Shown: piece after piece, positions 1 to 11,872 of the stretch
Layout of the letters: every line of letters begins with the position of its first letter
How positions within the stretch are numbered: the first letter of the stretch is position 1
Translations under genes and position numbers: made by a program
NCBI RefSeq assembly: GCF_963921235.1
Contig: NC_086101.1
Span: 6,698,001-6,762,000, forward strand
Direction of reading: 5' to 3'
Source of the DNA: Mobula hypostoma
Lineage: Eukaryota
Length of the DNA: 64,000 bases
Notes under the pieces: generated by a model
Databases searched by the model: none
What the model saw: only the letters and a program-made list of their open reading frames with translations
Told to the model about the DNA's origin: nothing

Positions 1-1248
1 ATCCCCTTCTCGCAATTCCTCCGTCTCCGCCGCATCTGCTCTCAGGATGAGGCTTTTCATCCTAGGACGAGGGAGATGTCTTCATTTTTTGAAGAAAGGG
101 GCTTCCCTTCCTCAACTATCAACTCTGCTCTTAAACGCATCTCCCCCATTTCACGTACATCTGCTCTCACTCCATCCTCCCACCACCCCACTAGGAATAG
201 GGTTCCCCTGGTCCTCACCTACCACCCCACCAGCCTCCGGGTCCAACATATTATTCTCCGTAACTTCCGCCACCTCTAACGGGATCCCACCACTAAGCAT
301 ATCTTTCCCTCCCCCCCTCTCTCTGTATTCCGCAGGGATCGCTCCCTACACAACTCCCTTGTCCATTCGTCCCCCCCATCCCTCCCCAATGATCTCCCTC
401 CTGGCACTTATCCGTGTAAGCAGAACAAGTGCTACACATGCCCTTACACTTCCTCCCTTACCACCATTCAGGGCCCCAAACAGTCCTTCCAGGTGAGGCA
501 TCACTTCACCTGTGAGTCGACTGGGGTGATATACTGCGTCCGGTGCTCCCGATGTGGCCTTTTATATATTGGTGAGACCCGACGCAGACTGGGAGACCGC
601 TTTGCTGAACATCTACGCTCTGTCCGCCAGAGAAAGCAGGATCTCCCAGTGGCCACACATTTTAATTCCACATCCCATTCCCATTCTGACATGTCTATCC
701 ACGGCCTCCTCTACTGTAAAGATGAAGCCACACTCAGGTTGGAGGAACAACACCTTATATTCCGTATGGGTAGCCACCAACCTGATGACATGAACATTGA
801 CTTCTCTAACTTCCGCTAGGCCCCACCTTCCCCTCGTACCCCATCTGTTACTCTTTTTTATGCACACATTCTTTCTCTCACTCTCCTTTTTCTCCCTCTG
901 TCCCTCTGAATATACCTCTTACCCATCCTCTGGGTCACCCCCCGCCCGTCTTTCTTCCCGGACCTCCTGTCCCATGATCCTCTCGTATCCCCTTCTGCCT
1001 ATCACCTGTCCAGCTCTCGGCTCCATCCCTCCCCCTCCTGTCTTCTCCTATCATTTTGCATCTCCCCCTCCCCCTCCAGCTTTCAAATCCCTTACTCACT
1101 CTTCCTTCAGTTAGTCCTGATGAAGGGTCTCGGCCTGAAACGTCGACTGCGCCTCTTCCTATAGATGCTGCCTGGCCTGCTGCGTTCACCAGCAACTTTG
1201 ATGTGTGTTGCTTGAATTTCCAGCATCTGCAGAATTCCTGTTGTTTGC
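1..1248 (+). mobile_element. Penelope-like retroelement, 3' part (GIY-YIG endonuclease + pseudo-LTR)
   Basis: HFTCESTGVIYCVRCSRCGLLYIGETRRRLGDRFAEHL (GIY-YIG); pyrimidine-rich 3' region and pLTR; 617-1248 is near-identical to 19065-19695. Confidence 0.92.
1112..1149 (+). ncRNA. Minimal type I hammerhead ribozyme motif in a Penelope pLTR
   Basis: TAGTC-CTGATGA-AGGGTCTCGGCCT-GAAA-CGTC-GACTG: core boxes CUGAnGA and GAAA, stem I TAGTC/GACTG, GUC cleavage triplet ending at 1144. Confidence 0.75.
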
Positions 1249-1384
1249 CTCTATCTCTTTGTGATCGAGATGCCGTAAAGCGATTGCCCGAATGGTTACG
1301 TTCCCAAATACATTAATTGTTTACACAAATGGTGAACATCAGAATTCTGTAGAGATCTTTTACTGCATTTTACGTAGAGATCGC

Positions 1385-2120
1385 TCTCTACGTAACTCCC
1401 TTGTGCACTCGTCCCCCACCACTGATCTCCCTCCTGGCACTTAACCCTGCAAGCGGGATAGTTGCGACACCAGCCCCTGCACCTCTTCCCTCACCGCCAT
1501 TCAGGACCAAGCAGTTACACTTCACCTGTGAGTGACACCTGTCGGTGTCACCCACTGTATCCGGTGGTCCTGGTGGAATCTCCTCTGCATCAGCGAGACC
1601 CGGCGTGGATTGATGTAGCACTTTGTCGAGTACTTACGCTTCGCCCGCCACGAAAGGCAGGATCTCCCAGAGGTCACGTACTTCAACTCCACCTCTCATT
1701 CCTATTCTGTCATGTCGTTGATGGTTTCAGCTACTTCCACGATGAGGCCAGGCTTTGGTCAGAGGAGCAAAACCTCTTATTCCATCTCGGTAGCCTCCAA
1801 CTTGATGGCATGATCATTCATTTCTTTTTCCGCCTCCCTTCCCTTTTTTCATTCACCGTTCTGGTTACTCGCTCAAACGTTCTCTTCTTCCCATCGCATA
1901 TCTCCTTCCCTTCATCCAAGGTCCACTCCACTCTCCTATCAGATTCCTCCTTCTTCCGCCCTCTCACAATTCCACCTATACCGTTCCAGCTTCTTCCTTC
2001 CTGTCCGCTCCTCCACCCACCCAACTTCCTTCTCACCTGGTCTCACTAATCCAAAACTTGCCGGCTTGGACTCCTTCCCCTCCTCCCACTATCCTATTCT
2101 GGCTCACGCCCCCTTTCTTT
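1385..2120 (+). mobile_element. Degenerate Penelope-like fragment
   Basis: Diverged copy of the GIY-YIG region (CACTTCACCTGTGAGT, GAGGAGCAAAACCTC) and pyrimidine-rich tail. Confidence 0.75.
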
Positions 2121-2121
2121 T

Positions 2122-4175
2122 CCATAAGACCATAAGACAAAGGAGCAGAAGTCGGCCATTTGGCCCATCGAGTCTGCTCCGCCATTTTATCATGAGCTGA
2201 TATATTCTCCCATTTAGTCCCACTCCCCCGCCTTTTCACCACGACCTTTGATGCCCTGGCTTCTCAGATACCTATCAATCTCTGTCTTAAATACACCCAG
2301 TGACTTGGTCTCCACTACTGACCGTGGCCTTCCATGGATTCCATGGATTCACCACCTTCTAGCTAAAAAAAATTCTTCGCATCTCTGTTCTGAATGGGCA
2401 CCTTTCAATCCTTAAGCTATACTCTTTCGTACTAGACTCTCCCACCATGGGAAACAATTTTGCCACATCCACTCTGTCCATGCCTTTCAATATTCAAAAT
2501 ATTTCTATGAGGCCCCCCCCCACCCCATTCTTCTAAACACCAGGGAATACACTCCAAGAGCGGACAAACATCCCTCATATATTAACCCTCTCATTCCCGG
2601 AATCATTCTAGTGAATCTTCTCTGTACTCTCTCCAACATCAGCACATCCTTTCTTAAATAAGGAGACCAAAACTGCGCACAGTACTCCAAGTGAGGTCTC
2701 ACCAGCGCCTTATAGAGCCTCAACATCACATCCCTGCTCCTATACTCTATTCCTCTAGAAATGAATGCCAACATTGCATTCGCCTTCTTCACCACCGACT
2801 CAACCTGGAGGTTAACCTTAAGGGTATCCTGTACGAGGACTCCCAAATCCCGTTGCATCTCAGAACTTTGAATTCTTTCCCCATTTAAATAATAGTCTGC
2901 CCGTTTATTTCTTCTGCCAAAATGCATAATCATACACTTCCCAACATTGTATTTCATTTGCCACTTCTTTGCCCATTCTCCCAATCTACCCAAGTCTCTC
3001 TGCAGATGCTCCGTTCCCTCAGCACTACCGGCCCCTCATCAGCAAACTTAGCCACAAAGCCATCTATTCCATAATCCAAATCGTTGATGTACAATGTAAA
3101 AAGAAACGGCCCCAACACTGATCCCTGTGGAACACCACTGGTAACCGCCAGCCAACCAGAATAGGATCCCTATATTTCCACTCTCTGTTTCCTGCCAATC
3201 AGCCAACGCTCTATCCACGTATGTAACTTTCCCGTAAGTCCATGGGCTCTTATCTTGTTAAGTAGCCTCATGTGTGGCACCTTGTCAAAGGCCTTCTGAA
3301 AATCCAAATATACAACATCCACTGCATCTCCCGTGTCTAGCCTACTGGTAATTTCCTCAAAAAATTGTAATAGGTTTGTCAGGCAGGATTTTCCTTTAAG
3401 GAATCCATGCTGGGTTTGGCCTATCTTGTCATATGCCTCCAGGCACTCTGTAACCTAATCCTTGACAATCGACTCCAACAACTTCCCAACCAACGATGTC
3501 AAGCTAACAGGTCTATAATTTCCTTTTTCCTTCCTTGCCCCTTTCTTAAATAGCGGGGTGACATTTGCAATCTTCCAGTCTTCCGGAACGATGCCAGGAT
3601 CTATCGACTTTTGAAAGATCATCGCTAATGCCTCCACAATCTCCACAGCTACTTCCTTCAGAACACGAGGGTGCATTTCATCTGGTCCGGGAGATTTATC
3701 TACCTTTAGACTATTCAGCTTCCTGAGTACTTTCTCTGTTGTAATTGTGACTGCGCACACTTCTCTTCCCTGACACCCTTGAGTGACCGGTATACTGCTG
3801 ATGTCTTCCTCAGTGAAGACTGATGCAAAATAATTGTTCAGTCCCTCTGCCATCTCCTTATCTCCCTATCTCCCATTGCAATTTCTCCAGCATCATTTTC
3901 TATCGGTTCTATATCTACGTTGACCTGTCTTTTACTTTTTATATACTTGACAAAGCTTTTAGTAACTTCTTTGATATTATTTGCTAGCTTCCTTTCATAG
4001 TTAATCTTTCCCTCTTAATGACCTTCCTAGTTTCCTTTTGTAAGCTTTTAAAAACTTCCCAATCCTCTCCCCATTAATTTTTGCTTCCTTGTATGCCCTC
4101 TCGTCTGCTTTAACTTTGGCTTTGACTTCTTTTGTCAGCCGCGGTTGCATCCTTTTTCCATTCGAAAATTTCTTT
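2122..4175 (-). mobile_element. CR1 LINE ORF2 (RT) fragment with 3' tail
   Basis: KVDKSPGPDEMHPRVLKE, NYRPVSLTS, LVRPHLEYCAQFWSP; (CCATAAGA)n tail at 2122. Confidence 0.9.
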
Positions 4176-4628
4176 GTCTCAGTCTGAAACATCGACTGTT
4201 TATTCCCCTCCATAGATGCTGCCTGACTTGCCGAATTCATTCAGCAATTTACCCACAGTGTTTCTTGTACTATATTGTCTGCCTGCACTGCACTCTCTCT
4301 GGAACTGAACTCTGACCCGCTCCCCAACGTCACCCCAGCCCATCAGTCACTTCCCCTTGCCACCTCACCCCAGTGTACCGACTTTTTCCCCACCTCCTAC
4401 CGGCACACCAGCCTCTTTCCCCTCCCCCTCCCGGGCGTACCGACCTCTCCGCGCTCTGACCCTCCCTCACACATTAACCCCACCGCCGTCACCTAAGGAC
4501 TCCACACCCCCTCCCCCGATACACGCTGACCCAAGCACACATGAATACACACTGGGACCCATGGACAATGCCTGCTATCCATGAGCTAACGAATGAGACG
4601 CACACACCGCGGGCATCCGCTGTTCCTC

Positions 4629-4820
4629 TTTATTGAACCCAAGGGACGGAGATCTGCCGACACGAATCCCCGTGCAAAAAAAAAATCCTAAACACGGTTT
4701 CCCAGTGTCACAGCGGAATTCGCTCTGTCTCTGTAACACAACATCCCATCACCAAATTTTTAACACCCGAAAATAACTGTTAAAATAAGTTAGATCAAAA
4801 GCCCGCATGTAATAAATAAA
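4629..4820 (-). promoter_or_regulatory. Putative 3' UTR end of the TNF-exon transcript: AU-rich element and polyA signal
   Basis: Minus-strand TTATTTATT at about 4811-4819 and AATAAA at 4629-4634, in non-repeat sequence downstream of the stop. Confidence 0.45.
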
Positions 4821-5619
4821 GGCACTAAATTTCAGAACACTAGCAGCAAGCGTTGGCCATGAGACTGCGTTCAATCCTGGAGTCTCCTTTCCAATGACAC
4901 CAGCTTCCCACCACAACCCTATCCAGTTAATTTTGTTTACCCATGAAGAACGACCTTTCGGCCGATTATTCAGAGCAATCCCACTCAGATGGTTTCAGAC
5001 ACTCGTTTGAGGGGGGAGCGGGGTGTGAGCCCCATCCTAAAGTGCTCCTGCCTCCTGGAGGCAATTCATTGAAACCTGAAATAAATTCAGAAAACAGTGG
5101 TAACACTCAGCCGGTCAGTCAGCCTCTGTGGGGAGCTGATATTTCAGAAACACCGGTCAGTACATTCAGGGGTTGGCTCTCAAACCTGCCCCGCCATCCA
5201 AAGTGATCATGGCTGTTTTCCTGATGTGGGATCGCGACGTGAAATGTGGACGTACGCCTTTTGCCTCCATGGATACTGCTCGGCCCGCTGAGATTTTCAG
5301 TGTGTTTTAATTTAATACAGGCCCCCAGTGTCCGCGACCCCTTTATTTGTTCTTTATGGCTCTCCTCAACCATTTTACGCGCTAGTTCCCCAAACATCTC
5401 CATTCCACGTTGGATAAAATATTTCTGTCTCCATCTTTAACCTATGCAATGATTCCCTACTTGCCCTCCCTCGGAGGCAGAGAATTTCAGATCCTCACTA
5501 CCTGGAGAGAGATATTTCCACACGTCCCTATTTTCAAACGACAAGCCCCTTCTCCAGACCTCATGTTCGTGACTCTCCCTCAAGCGGGAACAGTTTGAGG
5601 CGGGGAAATGCCTTGGGAT

Positions 5620-5985
5620 TAGAAGCATGGAAAACCTACAGCACAGTACAGGCCCTTCGACCCACAATGCTGTGCCAAACATGTACTTACTTTAGAAGTT
5701 ACCTAGGGTTACCCATAGCCCTGTATTCTTCTACGCTCCATGTACCTATCCAGGAGTCTCTTAAATGACCCTGTCATATGTGCCTCCACCAGCACCACCG
5801 GCAGCCCATTCCACGCACTCACCACTCTCTGCGTAAAATAACTTACCCCTGACATCTCCTCTGTACCTACTCCCCTGCACCTTAAACCTGTGCCCTCTCT
5901 TGTTGGCCATTCCAGCCCTGGGAAAAAGCCTCTGACTATCCACATGATCAGTGCCTCTCATCATCTTATACACCTCTATCAGGGA
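5620..5985 (-). mobile_element. CR1 3' fragment
   Basis: YKMMRG..LFPRAG..RGHRFKV, FTQRVVSAWNGLP. Confidence 0.8.
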
Positions 5986-6903
5986 TTGAAGTCACCTTGG
6001 GAGAACTGTAACAGAGGTACTTCGACCTGAAGAATTGCTAGGGTCAGCCCCTCCACGGGGTCTAATCGACCGCGTGGGTGGGTCCGGTTCTTATTCCAGA
6101 CCCTCCTTCCCAGCGTGGATTCCTGGGATGGAGGAAAATGCTGGACTGCTTTGTTCCATGATAGAACACATCCAAAAGACCACGGCTGAATAGCCTAAAC
6201 CTGCTCCTATGTTTTGTGCTCCCCGAGGGCTCTGTGGAATCCTTCTGTCGCAGCCCTTATCCCGCGGCCCCAGATGTCTTGGGTCCTCAGCCATCCAAGC
6301 CCTGGACAGCAGTTTCTAAGTCCCCTTCATTCCGAGCGACCAGAACCCCTTCACTCCCCCTCTCCCACAGAAACGGGCCGAGACTCGAAAGTGCAAATTC
6401 GGTGTGCCGAAGGATCAGCCGCCGATCCGAAGAGAGTGGGACAGATTGGTGGTGACGCCCTGTCCCCACCCCTCACTCAACCCAGCACCACCACCTCCCT
6501 AACCCGATCCTCGATGACTTCCCCACGTCCTGTCCAACAAGGGAGAGATCACCCCTGCTTTAACTCCGCACACCTGATGTCCCCCACTTCAACATCGGAA
6601 CACAGGTGGGATCGAGGCGGCGGTACCTACACTGTCTACAGAAATTAACTTCTCCTCTGCCCTCAACACTTCCATCCCTTTAAAAAAGGGGTGGGATCTC
6701 CAAAACCAGCCAGTCTTTGAGATTGAATGTTCAAGGGGGGTGGTTGGGGGAAGATCATAATTTGCAAATTAGCCCCTCGAAGGGGCAGTCCTTCATCGCT
6801 GTCAATGTTCACGGAGGGTGGGGCCTGGGATGGGTAAGGGGCTGTGTTTTAAAGGAGCCAGCGTCCCCTCTCTCCTTACCCGCCCCTCGGCCCACAGAGG
6901 CAG

Positions 6904-7319
6904 TCACTGGATTTTGAAAGCTCCGAAATAGGTCTTGTGGTATTCCATTTCAGCCCGGCCGAGCGGACTGATCTTCAGGGACAGGCGTGTGCCTTTGGCC
7001 AGCTGGAAGACGCCCCCCCCCCCCCCCCGCCGGATCGACTGGTACCATCTCCTTTTGTTGGACCCGTCACAGGCTGACTGGGTTGCCTCCATGAGTTCCA
7101 GGGCATTGTGGCTAGAATGCTGCTGGTACAGAACTTTACTCTCCAGGACCTCTGAGATGTCACTGCAGTTGGACCCCACGAACGAGACTTGGGCGTAAAC
7201 ATAATAATGGTCTGCCTCCAAAACGATGATGAATCCGTCTTTGTAATCCATGCCCTGGAGGCTGGATTCCATCCTGGTAGACCCCCACTTCACGCTTCCG
7301 TTGTCATATTTCTGTAAGG
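6904..7319 (-). CDS. TNF superfamily ligand, TNF-homology-domain terminal exon (FasL/LIGHT/TL1A-like; subfamily not assignable); candidate last exon of the TRIM gene
   Basis: VKWGST...LQGMDYKDGFIIVLEADHYYVYAQVSF...WYQSI..GGVFQLAKGTRL...KTYFGAFKI* matches TNF-domain motifs; pyrimidine-rich acceptor ctctcctcccag|CC, phase 1. Confidence 0.9.
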
Positions 7320-7384
7320 CTGGGAGGAGAGGGATGAAGGTCAGACCATGGTCTCTGCAACACGACTGTCTGTGAACGTGAACG

Positions 7385-7385
<1 letters not shown>

Positions 7386-7429
<44 letters not shown>
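7386..7429. repeat. (CA)n microsatellite
   Basis: About 22 CA units. Confidence 0.97.
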
Positions 7430-7432
<3 letters not shown>

Positions 7433-8007
7433 CCTCACCGTTTACCTGCTCACCACTTGTCCCTCTATCCTTCTCTCCGTTCCCTCCCAGGAGAGTGGGA
7501 TTGAGAGGGATAATGAATCAGCCATGATCAGCTGGCAGAGCTGTCTCGATAGGCCAATTAGCCTATTTCTACTCCGATCTCTTCTGTTCTCACAACTTGC
7601 ATTCCTCCCTCCATTCCCTATCCCCCTCCTTCTATACATCCCTTTCCTTTTCCCTCTCTCTCCCTCACCCTCCGGTGAGCTGCTATGGTCTTGGGTTACC
7701 ATAAGACAACGTGACATTGGAACAGAATTAGCCCATTGAGTCTGTTCTATCATTCTATCTCAACTCCATTTTCCTGCCCCTAAACATTTGACACTTCTAC
7801 AAATTAAATCCCATTAACCGCTGTTTCAAATATACCCACTGACTTGGCCTCCACATCCATTTGAACATATAAAATAGAATATTACAGCACAGTGCCAGCC
7901 CTATGGCCCTGATGTTGTGCCAAATGTCTAACCTACTCTCGGAACATTTCTAACCCTTCCCTCCAACATAACTCTCAATTTTTCTACCATTTATGTTCCT
8001 GTCTAAA

Positions 8008-10550
8008 TAGAAACATAGAAACATAGAAAATAGGTGCAGGTGTAGGCCATTCGGCCCTTCGAGCCTGCACCGCCATTTATTATGATCATGGCTGATCATC
8101 CAACTCAGAACCCCGCCCCAGCCTTCCCTCCATACCTCCTGACCCCCGTAGCCACAAGGGCCATATCTAACTCCCTCTTAAATATAGCCAATGAACTGGC
8201 CTCAACTGTTTCCTGTGGCAGAGAATTCCACAGATTCACCACTCTCTGTGTGAAGAAGTTTTTCCTAATCTCGGTTCTAAAAGGCTTCCCCTCTATCCTC
8301 AAACTGTGGCCCCTCGTTCTGGACTTCCCCAACATCGGGAACAATCTTCCTGCATCTAGCCTGTCCAATCCCTTTAGGATCTTATACGTTTCAATCAGAT
8401 CTCCCCTCAATCTTCTAAATTCCAACGAGTACAAGCCCAGTTCATCCAGTCTTTCTTCATATGAAAGTCCTGCCATCCCAAGAATCAATCTGGTGAACCT
8501 TCTTTGTACTCCCTCTATGGCAAAGATGTCTTTCCTCAGATTAGGGGACCAAAACTGCACACAATACTCCAGGTGTGGTCTCACCAAGGCCTTGTACAAC
8601 TGCAGTAGTACCTCCCTGCTCCTGTACTCGAATCCTCTCGCTATAAATGCCAGCATACCATTCGCCTTTTTCACCGCCTGCTGTACCTGCATGCCCACTT
8701 TCAATGACTGGTGTATAATGACACCCAGGTCTCGTTGCACCTCCCCTGATGGAGGTGGAGATGGAGGAATTGCGAGAAGGGGATGGCATTTTTGCAGGAG
8801 ACAGGGTGAGAAGAGGAATAGTCCAGATAGCTGTAGACTTATAGTAGTCATCAGTGGATAAGCTGTCTCCAGAGAAAGAGACAGAAAGATCTAGAAAGGG
8901 GAGGGAGGTGTCGGAAATGGACTTGATGGCAGGGTGAAAGTTGGAGGCAAAGTTAATAAAGTCAATGATCTCAGCATGCGTGCACAAGCAGCAATAAAGT
9001 CTACGAGCTCAGCATGCGTGCAGGAAGCATCCACCTTGTTACGAATGCTCCTTGCATTGACACACAAAGCCTTCAGGCTTGCTTTAACAACACTCTTGGC
9101 CCTTATACAATTATGTTGAAAAGTGGCCCTTTTTGATTTTTGCCCTGGATTTGTCGGCCTGCCACTTTTACGTTTCACCTTACTACTTTTTGCTTCTACC
9201 CTCATTTTACACCCCTCTGTCTCTCTGCACTTGTTCCCATCCTGCTGTTGTGAACTAACCTCCTCTCTCCTAGTCTGTTTAATTTGATTCCCACCCCCCC
9301 AACCATTCTAGTTTAAAGTCACCTCAGTAGCCCTCGCAAATTTCCCCGCCAGGATATTGGTCCCCCTAGGATTCAAGTGTAACCCATCCTTTATTTCAGG
9401 TCACACCTGCGCCAAAAGAGGTCCCAATGATTCAAAAACTTGTATCTCTGCCCCCTGCTGCTCCAATCCCTCAGCCACGCATTTATCCTTCACATCATTG
9501 CATTCCTACTCTCACTGTCACGTAGCACAGGCAGTAATCCTGAGATTATTACCTTTGCAGTCCTTTTTCTCAACTCCCTTCCTAACTCCCTATATTCTCC
9601 TTTCAGGACCTCTTCGCTTTTCCTACCTATGTCATTGGTACCTATATGTACCACGACCTCTGGCTCCTCACCCTCTCACTTCAGGATATCTTGGACGTGA
9701 TCAGAAATATCCCGGACCCTGGCACCAGGGAGGCAAACTATCATCCGGGTCTCTGGACTGCGTCCACAGAATCGTCTATCTGACCCCCTTACTATTGAGT
9801 CCCCTACTACTACTGCCCTCCTCTTCCTTTCCCTACCCTTCTGAGCTACAGGGCCGGACTCTGTGCCAGAGGCACGGCCACTGTCGCTTCCCCCAGGCAA
9901 GCTGTCCCGCCCCCCCAACAGTACTCAAACAGGAGTACCCATTGTCAAGGGGCACAGCCACCGGGGTGCTCTCTATTACCTGACTCTTCCCCTTCCCCCT
10001 CCTAACCGTGACCCACTTGTCTGCCTCCCGTGGCCCCGGTGTGACCACCTGCCTGTAACTCCTTTCTATCAACTCCTCACTCTCCCTGACCAGACGAAGG
10101 TCATCAAGCTGCAGCTCCAGATCCCTAACGCGGTCCCTTAGGAGCTGCATCTCGACGCACCTGGCGCAGATGTGGACGTCCAGGAGGCTGTGAGACTCTA
10201 GGACCTCCCACATCCCGCACCGAGAACAACAAACTGCCCTCACACTCATACTGCCCCTCTCCTCAAATAACAACCAAAAATGAATACCAAACCTTCCTCG
10301 CCTCGCCATTTATGCCTAAGCCCGTTGAGCCGAAGCCCTTAAGCCTTCACTCTGCTCCCGGCTCACTCCGTTTCCCGCAAAACGACGCTACCCGCTGTAT
10401 AAGGCTGTGTTCCTTTCAAATCTTCCGCGCTTCACTGCCCGACGTCACACGCCTGTGCAGTCCCGCCTCTCTGAACGCCGATGGGAAAAAAACAAAACAT
10501 TTAAAAATGGCTTCCTCCGCAATCCCGCTCCGATTCTCAGACTGCCTTCT
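8008..10550 (-). mobile_element. CR1 LINE with ORF1 and 3' end, internally deleted; Penelope RT piece at about 8745-9030
   Basis: ORF1 MSVRAVCCSRCGMWEV (ATG 10249)...VVVGDSIVRG (esterase-like); ORF2 start LCVNARSIRNKVD; 3' RT LVRPHLEYCVQFWSP; (AGAAACAT)n tail; insert encodes FHPAIKSISDTSLPFLDLSV. Confidence 0.88.
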
Positions 10551-11100
10551 CCAAATATTCCTCAATAGACCCATCCGATCCTTGCTTCCTAAACCTCATG
10601 TATGCTGCCTTCTTCCACCTGACTAGATTTTCCACCTTACTTGACACCCATGGTTCCTTCACCCTACCATTCTTTATCTTCCTCACCGGGACAAATTTAT
10701 CCCTAACATCCTGCAAGAGATCTCTAAACATCGACCACATGTCCAGAGTACACTTCCCTGCAGAAATATCATTCCAATTCACACCCGCAAGTTCTAGCCT
10801 TATAGCCTCATAATTTGCCTTTCCCCAATTAAAAATTTTCCTGTCCTCTCTGATTCTATCCTTTTCCATGATATTGCTAAAGGCCAGGGAGCGGTGGTCA
10901 CTGTCCCCCAGATGCTCACCCACTGAGAGATTTGTGACCTGACCCGGTTCACTATCTAGTACTAGATCTAGTATGGCATTCCCCCTAGTCGTCCTGTCCA
11001 CATACTGTGATAGGAATCCGTCCTGGACACACTTAACAAACTCTGTCCCATCTAAACCCTTGGAAGTAATCAGGTACCAATCACTATTAGGGAAGTTAAA
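10550..11100 (-). mobile_element. CR1 endonuclease-region fragment
   Basis: TRGNAILDLVL..GEHLGDSDH. Confidence 0.85.
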
Positions 11101-11134
11101 GTACCCCCTGTATACAAGGGTAGGCAGGTCATTT

Positions 11135-11872
11135 TATTCTATGTCTGCCTACCTCGATGTCGAAGGTTGAGGTTCGTCGTCTGCTGTGGCTGATGTGGAA
11201 GGCTTGCTTGACTGCTCAGCCTCGTGCATTTTTCTCTCATATAGTTCTTTGTAAGCACTCAAACCATCCTGCAAATATGCCCTAAACTGACGTACCCTTT
11301 CAAAAATAAAGTCATACTGTATCATTGCAGCGAAAATCTCACACAGTTGCTTCACGTTCTGTTCCTGGACGACTCGGTCCATTTGCTACTGTATTCAGTT
11401 TCGATTATTATCCTTTCCTCTTGCAATTGCATCAGCTCTTCATCTATCAGTTCTTGGTCATGGGACGCCAAAACCTCTTCAACATCATCTTCGTCAACTT
11501 CCACAAGCCAAACTCACATTGTCCTTGCTTCGTTCACCACGATCGAAAAGCTTAATTATGTCTAGTTTTACGCTAAATGTAACACCTTTACAAGCTCTTT
11601 TAGGCTTTTCCGATACTTTAGAACTCATCTTGCAAATGGCTGCTCACAGGCACGTGTTTAAGCAATGCTGGCGAGAATGCCGTTCCGAATACCGGGGAGA
11701 GCGGCTGCTTGGGGTGCGCGCTGATTTTTATCGCACGCTGATTTTTTTTCGCGTGCTGCTTTTTTTTGTAACAGTGAAAACACCTTCTGTTAGCGAAAAC
11801 AGGGAACTAATGTAGGTCTTTCGTAACAGTGAGGTTTCGTAAAGTGAACGTTCGAAAAGCGGGGGACACCTG
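11135..11872 (-). mobile_element. Tigger/pogo-like DNA transposon remnant
   Basis: End reads CAGGTGTCCCCCGCTTTTCGAACG next to TA at 11873-11874; acidic C-terminal transposase-like peptide (EVDEDDVEEVLASHDQEL..; VKQLCEIF..YKELYERK); second TIR not found. Confidence 0.65.

Noticed and set aside
7320..7425. N-terminal extension of the TNF ORF (MCVCVCV...) as a signal or transmembrane segment
   Set aside because: It is a translated (TG)n microsatellite and intron sequence upstream of the acceptor
7430..7500. Possible small TNF exon carrying the AHL strand (several GT donor-like sites)
   Set aside because: No reading frame gives an AHL-like motif, and no convincing acceptor was seen
8082..8861. 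Long plus-strand ORFs antisense to CR1 (also 30053-30829)
   Set aside because: Shadow frames of CR1 ORF2 that recur in each copy
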